64,000 bases of DNA from the NCBI GenBank assembly GCA_016779485.1, contig JADHNN010000006.1:2202-66201 (forward strand). Direction: 5' to 3'. Position numbers and translations under genes: made by a program. The stretch is from Gammaproteobacteria bacterium. GTDB lineage: Bacteria; Pseudomonadota; Gammaproteobacteria; GCA-002705445; GCA-002716945. The notes beneath the pieces were generated by a model. It was not told the DNA's origin. It made no database searches and worked only from the letters and a program-made list of their open reading frames with translations. Shown here piece by piece: positions 31,401-39,391 of this stretch. Within the stretch, counting starts at the first letter, position 1, and every line of letters starts with the position of its first letter.

Positions 31401-31510
31401 TACTCTCGAATAGTCAATTTATCGTAGGATGCTAATCCAATTAAAATAACAAATAGGCTAAGAACTGTTGCAAAGACAGGACGCTTAACTGTGACTTCTG
31501 AAATATGCAT
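28478..31510 (-). CDS. RND family efflux transporter permease (AcrB/HAE1-like)
   Basis: 1010 aa with twelve TM helices, two large periplasmic loops and RND consensus segments. Confidence 0.9.
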   Translation of the reverse strand: MHISEVTVKRPVFATVLSLFVILIGLASYDKLTIREYPDIDRPVVTVKTIYTGASSKILERDVTEIIEDSLSGISGIREITSESRDELSKIRIEFTLETNLDTAANDVRDKVSRIAALLPDEADNPRIAKSDSDARAIMWIGFSSDILTDIQLNDYLDRNVVDRLSIQPGVASITIGGERKYSVRVWMDPEEIASRGLTVIEVINAIKRENIERGAGRFESIQREIGIKLDSKLKTLNEYNNVVIRHHGDSKIILSDVAEIEIGPESDRGFLRANGKNAIGLGIVRQTKSNILDVTDNIKKELELIRPSLPENINMSIGYDQSKFVRESISEIRFALMVSMILVILIIYYFLSSKAATIIPAITIPISIIGTFFIIYIFGYSLNVLTFLALVLAIGLIVDDSIVVMENIKRKIESGEDNYSASINGAKQITFVVIATTIVLVSVFLPLSFMGGKTGRLFIEFGVVLSFAVIISSFVALTLTPMMCSKLLEKNTDESERIMFEKFKKFYQTSLISSQKKPKIVYTITIIFILISFLLYQFLPKELAPSEDRGLFIVSVNAPEGSSLEYTNNMVNKVENVLAEYVDKGEIKTVFAIVAPGFSGEPGSVNSAFIFASLSPWEIRSRHQKEIVREIFPKLISMPGAMIFTINPPSLGQSPFKSPVRFVISGTDYEQVGEWGKLIQDSSNEIGLRNARIDYKVDKPRINLKINRDSASNLGIAAEDIATTLDALYGSRKVTSFSRDGLTYNVIIKSDENYLQNESNLDNIFIKSKISNELVPLSNLTIKSLEATSKSLKRVNRLPSVTLSASTTPGASLGDILSDLTNSAEDILPSNAKISFAGASKEYFETGYKLELTILLAVLIVYLVLAAQFESFRNPLIIILTVPITMTAGIYSLFVTGGSLNVYSQIGFLMLIGLIAKNGILVVEFANQLKSDGLKKSQAIIESSIIRFRPVIMTTISTLLGSIPLILSSGAGAESRFAMAVVVFGGIGLASFITLYLIPALYLLIEEDN

Positions 31511-32415
31511 TAGTTATTGATAATTTTAATTTTAGATCCATCTTTAAGTTTTTCATGTCCAAGGGTAATTACAAAATCACTTGGCTCAATACCATCAATA
31601 ATTTGTGTTTTACCATTATTCGTTATACCCAAAATTATTTTCCTAAGTTTGGCAGTATCATTGTCCGCGATAAAAACATAACTATAATCTTTAGATGTAA
31701 GAATTGACTGTTCTGGGACAAGCAGGCTGTTTGGTATTTCTTCAAGAATAATATTAACATTCATTAATAGCCCAGGGCGAAGATTACTATTATCATTTTT
31801 AATGATCGCATAAGCTTTAATAGTACGGGATTCTGTATCAATCCTTTGATCTACATTAGATATAACGCCTGTGTATATTTGATTAGGGAATAGTTTGGAG
31901 CTAGCAACGTATTTAATTGTATTTTTAATTTGTGGAAGAATTTTTTCAGGTAAATAAATAAAAGCTTTCATATAAGACATATCATCTAGTGTTAATAATA
32001 AATCACCATTTTTTAATTTATCACCTATTTTAAAATCTGTTATGCCAACATAACCATCAAATGGTGCAGTTATAATAATTTCTCCTACAGAGTTAGTTGT
32101 TAGTATTGAAAAAAGACGATCTCCTTTCTTAACAACTGATGATTCATTGAAGAAAATATCATTAAGAATTCCCTCAGTTTTTGATGTCACATTGAAGGAC
32201 TGCTTGGACTCTATCACAGATGTTGCAGGATAAATTCTATTAACGGTATTAATTTCTACTTGCTCTGCATGGACTGAAACAATTCTAGTTTTATTAGCAA
32301 AAGATTTATAGAATTGTATTTTTGAATATAAATTAATAGCTCCATATAATAGACCTATAAATATCAATGAACCTATTAGATGAAAGGGTTTAATTTTTTT
32401 TATAATATTTTTCAT
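31510..32415 (-). CDS. RND efflux periplasmic adaptor (membrane fusion protein)
   Basis: 301 aa with an N-terminal TM anchor and a beta-barrel/lipoyl-like core. It is directly upstream of the RND pump with overlapping stop and start. Confidence 0.8.
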   Translation of the reverse strand: MKNIIKKIKPFHLIGSLIFIGLLYGAINLYSKIQFYKSFANKTRIVSVHAEQVEINTVNRIYPATSVIESKQSFNVTSKTEGILNDIFFNESSVVKKGDRLFSILTTNSVGEIIITAPFDGYVGITDFKIGDKLKNGDLLLTLDDMSYMKAFIYLPEKILPQIKNTIKYVASSKLFPNQIYTGVISNVDQRIDTESRTIKAYAIIKNDNSNLRPGLLMNVNIILEEIPNSLLVPEQSILTSKDYSYVFIADNDTAKLRKIILGITNNGKTQIIDGIEPSDFVITLGHEKLKDGSKIKIINN

Positions 32416-33143
32416 GAATTATTAAACCATATTAAAGATATAAATCGCCCTGATGTATTGTCTCTTCTATACGAAAAGAAAGATTTATTATCAAAAGTAC
32501 ATTCTGATGATATTGTAACATCACTGATGCCCTGACGTGATAATATTTCGTTAGCTATATTTCTTAGATCCATATTGTATTTACCATTATTATTATAAGT
32601 AAAATGATTAGAATATTCTGAAAATAAATCAAAAATAAATTTACCAACCTCATATCTTTTTTTACTTATACTTGGCCCTATTAATACTTTAAATTCTGAT
32701 TTATCTATATTGTGAATTTTTTTAAAAAATTTCTCTATAATTCCACCTATGAGTCCTCTCCAACCAGCATGAATACAACCAATGAATGTGCCTGATTTAT
32801 TAGTTACTAAGATGGGCAGACAGTCAGCTGTAATAACAGCACAAGCTATCTGACTATTATTGGTAAATATAGCATCTGATCTCATGTAGTTTTCATAATC
32901 AATAAGTTTATTGACTATATTGGAGTGTGATTGATTCATTAAGGCAATATTTTTAATCGAGAGTTGTTGTTGAAGATTTATAACATTCAATCTTGTATTA
33001 CTATCTTGAATCACTAATGGATTAGAGAAATTTTCATGCATTAAATGTAGTTTATCATTATTAAATGTTTCAGTAGAAGATATAAAGAAACTGATATTAT
33101 TAGGAATATCCCATGCTTCTTTATGAGACCTAAATATTTTCAT
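32412..33143 (-). CDS. pgeF: YfiH/PgeF family purine-nucleoside phosphorylase / peptidoglycan editing factor
   Basis: 243 aa with the motifs ADCLPIL and HAGWRG. It is in the rluD-yfiH synteny. Confidence 0.85.
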   Translation of the reverse strand: MKIFRSHKEAWDIPNNISFFISSTETFNNDKLHLMHENFSNPLVIQDSNTRLNVINLQQQLSIKNIALMNQSHSNIVNKLIDYENYMRSDAIFTNNSQIACAVITADCLPILVTNKSGTFIGCIHAGWRGLIGGIIEKFFKKIHNIDKSEFKVLIGPSISKKRYEVGKFIFDLFSEYSNHFTYNNNGKYNMDLRNIANEILSRQGISDVTISSECTFDNKSFFSYRRDNTSGRFISLIWFNNS

Positions 33144-34116
33144 TTATTTTTAGTTCTTCCAGTAAAATACGGTATTCTTTTGGATATGGCGCTGTATAAG
33201 TTTTTATTTTTTTTGTTTTTGGATCTATAAAAGATAATGAATATGCATGAAGGTATTGCGCAAATGATTTATCAATTCTATTCAAAATATTCTTATATTT
33301 ATTAAAAATACTATTCTTGAAGCCATAAACATCATCGCCAATTACTGGATGCTTAATGAATGATAAATGAACCCTAATTTGATGTGTACGTCCAGTTATA
33401 AGTTCAATTTCAATATGAGACGCATTTTTGTAAACAGACAGCGGTCTAATTTTTGATAATGCATATCTTCCGTTAGACCTTACTGCCATTTTTTTTCTAT
33501 TAATTACATGTCTCGCAATTGGTTCTTCTATAGTAATTGGTTTATCAATTATTCTTGTGACTAATGAATGATAATGTTTGATGAATTTACGATCCTGCAA
33601 TTGTTTACTTAGAATGTTATGTGAGGACAAATTTCTACAAATAACTAGTATTCCAGAAGTATTTTTATCGAGCCTATGTATTATTCCCGTTCTCGGAACT
33701 AACCCCAACTCAGGATATTTAAAATAAAGTGCATTTTGGAGTGTTCCAGTATAGTTCCCAGGTGCAATATGCGTCACCATACCTGATTTTTTATTTACAA
33801 TTATGTAATCATCAGATTCATCAATAATATTTATATCAATATCTTCAGGTATTAAGTCTACTGTCGGTTGAGATGTAATTTTAATAGATATGTTACAGCT
33901 AGATGAGATTTTATCTTTTTGTGAGCATGGATTTCCGTCTATCAGCACATCTTGATTTGATATCCACCTTTGAATTGTAGATCTTGAATACTCAGGAAAA
34001 TAATTAGAGAGTAATTTATCTATCCTCTCGGATTCATCGACATCAAGTCTAAACTCATAAATATCAGGATGATTCATGATATAATAATATACTGATGAGA
34101 AAATATAATCTTTCAT
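33130..34116 (-). CDS. rluD: 23S rRNA pseudouridine synthase RluD
   Basis: S4 domain plus the RluA-family catalytic motif HRLDKNTSGILV. It is divergent from bamD. Confidence 0.88.
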   Translation of the reverse strand: MKDYIFSSVYYYIMNHPDIYEFRLDVDESERIDKLLSNYFPEYSRSTIQRWISNQDVLIDGNPCSQKDKISSSCNISIKITSQPTVDLIPEDIDINIIDESDDYIIVNKKSGMVTHIAPGNYTGTLQNALYFKYPELGLVPRTGIIHRLDKNTSGILVICRNLSSHNILSKQLQDRKFIKHYHSLVTRIIDKPITIEEPIARHVINRKKMAVRSNGRYALSKIRPLSVYKNASHIEIELITGRTHQIRVHLSFIKHPVIGDDVYGFKNSIFNKYKNILNRIDKSFAQYLHAYSLSFIDPKTKKIKTYTAPYPKEYRILLEELKINENI

Positions 34117-34937
34117 TTGTTCTAGTATTCTTGGTTTTAATTCAGGGTTGTGCTTTTCTTGAAACCGTTAAAGTAGACCCATATGAGAATATGAACGAGG
34201 AGAGTCTGTATGCTCAGGGGTCGGTTTTTTTAGAAAATGGAGATATTCCATCGGCAATAACCGTCTTTGAAACCTTAGAGGCTAAATATCCATTCTCAAC
34301 ATATTCTCAACAATCAGTTTTAGATTTAGCCTATGCTTATTATGATTTTGGACAAAAAGATGACACTATTGCTGAATGTGACCGATTCATTGATCTTTAC
34401 CCAAATCATTCGAATCTAGATTATGCATATTACTTAAGAGCATTGTCTAATTTAGAAAAAGAACAACCCTTCTTCCAAGATATACTCGGACAAGATGCGT
34501 CAAAATATGATGTCACCAGATTAAAGAACGCTTACAATGATTTTCTATTCATAGTTAATAGATTTAACAAAAGTAAATATGCAGATGATGCAAAAAATCG
34601 CCTTGTATTCTTAAGGGACAGCATGGCAAAACATGAAGTCTACATAGCAAAGTATTATCTTAAGAGAGGAGCTTATTTAGCTTCTAGCGAGAGAGCTAAA
34701 TATATGCTTGAAAAATACCCTGGAGCGCCTGCCACTAAAGAAGCATTACTAATTCTAATAAAAAGTTATAATAATTTAGGCCTTTTAGATTCAGCTAAAG
34801 TCACAGCTGATATTCTTGTAAAGAACTTTCCAAATTATAGTTATAAAATAGGAAATAATTCTGAAATTTTAATCAGTGATATAAATCAAAAAAATATTGA
34901 AAATAAGAATTCTTTTTTTAAACTAGATTTATTTTAA
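34095..34937 (+). CDS. bamD: Outer membrane protein assembly factor BamD (TPR lipoprotein)
   Basis: Lipobox LIQGC, TPR repeats, and the classic divergent arrangement with rluD. Confidence 0.85.
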   Translation: MRKYNLSFVLVFLVLIQGCAFLETVKVDPYENMNEESLYAQGSVFLENGDIPSAITVFETLEAKYPFSTYSQQSVLDLAYAYYDFGQKDDTIAECDRFIDLYPNHSNLDYAYYLRALSNLEKEQPFFQDILGQDASKYDVTRLKNAYNDFLFIVNRFNKSKYADDAKNRLVFLRDSMAKHEVYIAKYYLKRGAYLASSERAKYMLEKYPGAPATKEALLILIKSYNNLGLLDSAKVTADILVKNFPNYSYKIGNNSEILISDINQKNIENKNSFFKLDLF

Positions 34938-35686
34938 GCCTCTTTAGGTAACTTACAAACAGGTATAGGGTTCATCTTATGAGTGTTGTTTTGTCTTAAC
35001 GCCTCATATTTATCTCTATTGATAGATTTGATATTGATCATTGCTTCTTCAAGCTCTTCATATGACATACCTAATTGATTTTCATCTGTTCTGCCATCGT
35101 CCCACAATCCGTCTGTTGGTTCTGCATTGATAATCCTTGAATCTACTCCAAGTGTTATAGACAGTTCTTTTACTTCGGATTTAAATAAATCAGCAATTGG
35201 GGAGATATCAACACCTCCATCACCATATTTTGTATAAAAACCTACTCCAAAATCTTCTACCTTATTTCCGGTGCCTACAACTATTCCAGAGTTTGAGGCA
35301 GCAACTTGATATAACGTCATCATTCTTAATCTAGCCTTAGAATTAGCAAAACCAAGATTAGATTTTTGACCATCCACTCTTAAAGTAGATTGAAACGATT
35401 TATATGTGTCTGTTAAGTCAATAAGGTGATGAGTGACATTATTATATTGATCAGTTAACCACTTCGAATGAATACTGCCCAAATCAGTTTGATTGGTATT
35501 GGTTTTTATTGGCATAGTTACAATGATTGTAGAGATGCCGGTAAGCGAAGCAAGAGTGCTTGTAAGAGCTGAATCTATACCACCTGATACTCCTACAACA
35601 AGAGTTTTTGCAGGATTATTCATTTTATAGACATAATTTTTAATCCAGTCTGAAATGTATTCAATTTTCTGCAAATTATTCATCAT
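34934..35686 (-). CDS. nadE: NH3-dependent NAD+ synthetase
   Basis: PP-loop GVSGGIDSALT in a 250-aa protein. Confidence 0.9.
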   Translation of the reverse strand: MMNNLQKIEYISDWIKNYVYKMNNPAKTLVVGVSGGIDSALTSTLASLTGISTIIVTMPIKTNTNQTDLGSIHSKWLTDQYNNVTHHLIDLTDTYKSFQSTLRVDGQKSNLGFANSKARLRMMTLYQVAASNSGIVVGTGNKVEDFGVGFYTKYGDGGVDISPIADLFKSEVKELSITLGVDSRIINAEPTDGLWDDGRTDENQLGMSYEELEEAMINIKSINRDKYEALRQNNTHKMNPIPVCKLPKEA

Positions 35687-35708
35687 AGAGTTATATTAAT
35701 TTAGTTGT

Positions 35709-35921
35709 TTGTATGAAATAATTTTATACGTCATGAAATTTATAATTATAATTATAACTTTAGTAGTTGCTTATTTCCTAATTAAAATTACAACCAAGAC
35801 TAAAGAAACGGTTAATAAGGATAATAATATGATATTGTGCAAAGAGTGTGGATACCATGTTCCTAAGAATGATATATGTCACTCATTAAACGACGTTAAT
35901 AACTGTAAAAATAAAAAATGA
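35709..35921 (+). CDS. Small membrane-anchored zinc-ribbon protein (PP0621-like)
   Basis: 70 aa with an N-terminal TM helix and then C-KECGYHVP-x8-C-x9-C. It starts with TTG. Confidence 0.5.
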   Translation: MYEIILYVMKFIIIIITLVVAYFLIKITTKTKETVNKDNNMILCKECGYHVPKNDICHSLNDVNNCKNKK

Positions 35922-35998
35922 AAGAAAGACAGCCGTTACTTATTACCTTACTACTAATTATGATTTTGGGTATCACGTTAACCTATATGTTAAGATAA
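35918..35998 (+). CDS. Candidate 26-aa single-TM micropeptide (MKERQPLLITLLLIMILGITLTYMLR)
   Basis: Its ATG overlaps the upstream TGA (ATGA), and its TAA overlaps the coaE ATG (TAATG). The peptide is a single clean hydrophobic helix. There is no homology support. Confidence 0.25.
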   Translation: MKERQPLLITLLLIMILGITLTYMLR

Positions 35999-36555
35999 TG
36001 AATTATTTTGTTACAGGACTTTTATGTTCTGGAAAAAGTACTTTTTTAGCAGCTGCTAGGGCTCATGACTTTGACACCCTTAACGCAGATGAATTAGTAG
36101 CTAATCTCTATAAAGATAAAACTATAATTCAAAAGATTCAAAATGAATTTGACAAATATGACTTATTTCGTAATACAGAAGAAGTTATAAAGATACTTTT
36201 TTTTAAATCAGATGCTAACAGAAAAAAAATAGAATCAATAATACATCCAGAAGTTCATAAAATAATCAATGAAGAACTTGTGAATAAAAAAAACTTAATC
36301 GTAGAAGTTCCCCCTTTATTGAGTAATTATAAACTATTGAAAGAAAATAAGTCGATTTTTATAGATGCGGATATAAAAAATAGAATAATTAGATATCGCA
36401 AACGTGATAATAAAAAAGAAATAGATACATTCAAAAGAATAAATAATATGCAATTAGATTATATCAAGCTAAGAATGATATGTGACATAATTATAGATAA
36501 TAATGGTATAGAATGTTTTAACAAATATTTTGAATTAGAAATTATTAAATCATGA
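35998..36555 (+). CDS. coaE: Dephospho-CoA kinase
   Basis: P-loop GLLCSGKST at the N-terminus. The coaE-zapD pair is conserved. Confidence 0.88.
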   Translation: MNYFVTGLLCSGKSTFLAAARAHDFDTLNADELVANLYKDKTIIQKIQNEFDKYDLFRNTEEVIKILFFKSDANRKKIESIIHPEVHKIINEELVNKKNLIVEVPPLLSNYKLLKENKSIFIDADIKNRIIRYRKRDNKKEIDTFKRINNMQLDYIKLRMICDIIIDNNGIECFNKYFELEIIKS

Positions 36556-37313
36556 GCACTTTATCAGATTCACATGCAGCTATATACGAAGAACCCATTG
36601 ATGAAAGAATAAGAAAATTTCTTAAGCTAGAGAATTATTTTCTTAAATTAAACTATCATAAAAACATTGATACTTCTTTCGACTCGTTCACAGCATTAAA
36701 TAATATGATCTTAATATATAGTACACTTTCACGAGTAGAGGTTAAGAGCGAGTTAATAAGAGAAATTGAATTTCAAAAAACACGATATCAAGAATATATT
36801 CAAATAGAAAGCTCAGACAAAATAAAGCTGAATTCTATAATGGAAAAACAAGATTATGTTTTAAATAATTTACATAATTTAAAATTAAATTATTTAAATG
36901 CTTTAAATAGCGATGAATTTTTTCAATTTTGCATTAAACATTTTGAAACTAATACTAGTGAACTTGATTATTGGCTGACTAGAGATCATGCCATGAGATT
37001 AAACCAGTTAAATTTATGGCTTGAATTAGTGAAACCAATAGAAAATTCTATCTTATTTTGTCTTGATATTCTCAGGAGAAGCTCTGAGACAAATGAAATA
37101 TGTGCAAATAATGGTTTTCATTTAGTAAAGATTAATAATAAAAAAAAAATAAGGTTACTAAGGATAACAATGCAGTCAGATAATTACTATTTCCCAAGAA
37201 TAAGTATAGGACCGCAAAGAGCTACTATTACTTTTATGATGCTTAGTGAAACCAATAAGTTTGTGCAAATAAAGGAAAATATCTCATTTGTTATGGACCT
37301 CTGTTATATATAA
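36552..37313 (+). CDS. zapD: Cell division protein ZapD (YacF/DUF1342)
   Basis: 253 aa, immediately after coaE with a 4-nt overlap. The N-terminus (YEEPIDERIRKFLKLE) matches ZapD. Confidence 0.75.
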   Translation: MSTLSDSHAAIYEEPIDERIRKFLKLENYFLKLNYHKNIDTSFDSFTALNNMILIYSTLSRVEVKSELIREIEFQKTRYQEYIQIESSDKIKLNSIMEKQDYVLNNLHNLKLNYLNALNSDEFFQFCIKHFETNTSELDYWLTRDHAMRLNQLNLWLELVKPIENSILFCLDILRRSSETNEICANNGFHLVKINNKKKIRLLRITMQSDNYYFPRISIGPQRATITFMMLSETNKFVQIKENISFVMDLCYI

Positions 37314-38213
37314 TTAGAACATACTAATTCCTGCTATTCCAAATCCATAATTTTCTAAAGCAAGATTATAATCTTGTCCTTTTGATGATATACCACCAAG
37401 AGCATATGTAGGTAAATAAGATTCTTTACTTAATGCAGAGAATCCGCTCCAATTAATTGGTTTATATCTAGAGTATGTTTTTTTTACTGGAGAAATTAAT
37501 ATAAAGTCATAAAGCATTTTATTACAGGATTTAATGTCATCCATTGTGTGGCATGAAGCTGAATGAATAATTGAGAGAGCATACTTATTTTTTTCAAGCA
37601 TACCTATTTGATTACTTGAATAGTGAATGCCCTGATATGAATCAAGCCATTCATCTGAATACTGGTAGTCTATTATGACTTTACCTGTATATTTTTGTGA
37701 TATTAATATATTTTTTATATTCTTTGAATAATATTTATAATTTATCCTTCTTAATCTAATAGCACCATATCGTGAATAGTTAACATATTGATCTTTTTCA
37801 AAATCATCTACAGTAAGTATCTTCAACGTACGCGGTAGATTTAATAATCTAAAGATCCGCCTATGTGTTGGCAGCGTATCTATAGATTGATCTTCGCTAT
37901 ATTTAATAATTTTTTGGTTTTCTTTAGAGTAAATTGTTCCATTAAATCTAAATATTTTAAAGATATTTATTTTAATCAACAAATTATCATATAGATGTTT
38001 AATAGAGCCTAAATAAATATACTTTTTCACTTTAATACCTAATTCCTCAAAAATCTCTCTTTCTAAACATAATTCAGGAGTTTCTGATTTTTTACATTTT
38101 CCTCCGGGAAATTCAATATAGCCTTTGTAAGGGGTTTTGTTTCTCTGAAGACATATATATTTTGACTTATCACGAATTAATGCAATTGATATTTCAATCT
38201 CATTAACGCTCAT
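37314..38213 (-). CDS. Nudix hydrolase (MutT-like) fused to a ThiE-like (thiamine-phosphate synthase fold) domain
   Basis: N-terminal Nudix box (GGKCKKSETPELCLEREIFEELGI). The 180-aa C-terminal extension is as seen in Pseudomonas MutT/ThiE-like fusions. It lies next to argJ-secA. Confidence 0.7.
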   Translation of the reverse strand: MSVNEIEISIALIRDKSKYICLQRNKTPYKGYIEFPGGKCKKSETPELCLEREIFEELGIKVKKYIYLGSIKHLYDNLLIKINIFKIFRFNGTIYSKENQKIIKYSEDQSIDTLPTHRRIFRLLNLPRTLKILTVDDFEKDQYVNYSRYGAIRLRRINYKYYSKNIKNILISQKYTGKVIIDYQYSDEWLDSYQGIHYSSNQIGMLEKNKYALSIIHSASCHTMDDIKSCNKMLYDFILISPVKKTYSRYKPINWSGFSALSKESYLPTYALGGISSKGQDYNLALENYGFGIAGISMF

Positions 38214-39391
38214 TATGTTGTGTAAGCAGAATTAATATGCACATATTCATGAGATAAATCAGAAAAATATAGAGATTCGCTATGCTTTCCAACGCCAAGA
38301 TCAATTATGATTTTGATATTATTTTTTTTCATTGAGCGCGCAAGTTTTTTAGAACCATTATCTTTAGGAACTCCATTAGAAAAACATAAAATATCATTTA
38401 TAAATAATTTGACTTTAGATATATTCAATGCCAAATCATCTAGTGAACCAAGACTTGCAATAATCCTTCCCCAATTAGGGTCTTGACCATACATGGCAGT
38501 CTTTACAAGCAATGAATGTGATATTTTTCTTGATATTTTTTGGGCAGCCATAAGGGACTTTGAATTAATAATATTTAGTTCAATAATCTTTGTAGCACCT
38601 TCACCATCTTTTACGATTAGCGACGATAAGGATATAAAAAAGTCTGTTGCACATTCTAGAAACTTAGTTAAGTTTTTTTTGTTATTCAAATCAAGGTTGA
38701 CATTATTGTTCGATGTGAAAGCCACACAATCATTTGTAGACATATCGCCATCCACAGATATCGAGTTGAAAGATAGATTTGAACAATATTGTAAATATTT
38801 TTTTAAATTTCCTTTATTAATCTTCACGTCTGTCTCTATGAAAGCTAGCATTGTTGCCATGTTTGGTTCAATCATGCCAGCACCTTTACAAATTCCTCTG
38901 AAAGTAATTTTTTTTGAATCTATAGTATAAGATTTTGTTGAATATTTCGGAAACTTATCTGTTGTCATTATTGCCATTGCAGATTTTTTTAATGATACGT
39001 ATTTGTTAAATTTGTTATTAGTAATGGCATGACATATCTTCTCTATGGGTAATTGTCTTCCAATTATTCCGGTAGACATGAATATGATTTCATATTTTTT
39101 ACAATCTAGTTTCAATGCTAAAAGTTTTAAGACTGCATTCGCATTATCTAGACCTTCTTTTCCAGTACAAGCATTAGCATTCCCTGAATTGATAAAAATA
39201 TATTTTGGATTAGATTTGGATATATTCTTTTTTGAGAGAATTATTGGAGCAGCTGCAAATTTATTAAGAGTAGATATAATCTGAGTATTATTATTATCAG
39301 ATAAGCAGATTAGTAATCCATCAGTTTTATTTTTTTTTATACCGAGTTGTAATGTAATAAATTTAGATTTCATAAAAGTTTTCCACAGCAT
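38213..39391 (-). CDS. argJ: Bifunctional glutamate N-acetyltransferase / amino-acid acetyltransferase ArgJ
   Basis: 392 aa with the autocatalytic ATML site (MATMLAFIETD). Confidence 0.88.
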   Translation of the reverse strand: MLWKTFMKSKFITLQLGIKKNKTDGLLICLSDNNNTQIISTLNKFAAAPIILSKKNISKSNPKYIFINSGNANACTGKEGLDNANAVLKLLALKLDCKKYEIIFMSTGIIGRQLPIEKICHAITNNKFNKYVSLKKSAMAIMTTDKFPKYSTKSYTIDSKKITFRGICKGAGMIEPNMATMLAFIETDVKINKGNLKKYLQYCSNLSFNSISVDGDMSTNDCVAFTSNNNVNLDLNNKKNLTKFLECATDFFISLSSLIVKDGEGATKIIELNIINSKSLMAAQKISRKISHSLLVKTAMYGQDPNWGRIIASLGSLDDLALNISKVKLFINDILCFSNGVPKDNGSKKLARSMKKNNIKIIIDLGVGKHSESLYFSDLSHEYVHINSAYTT

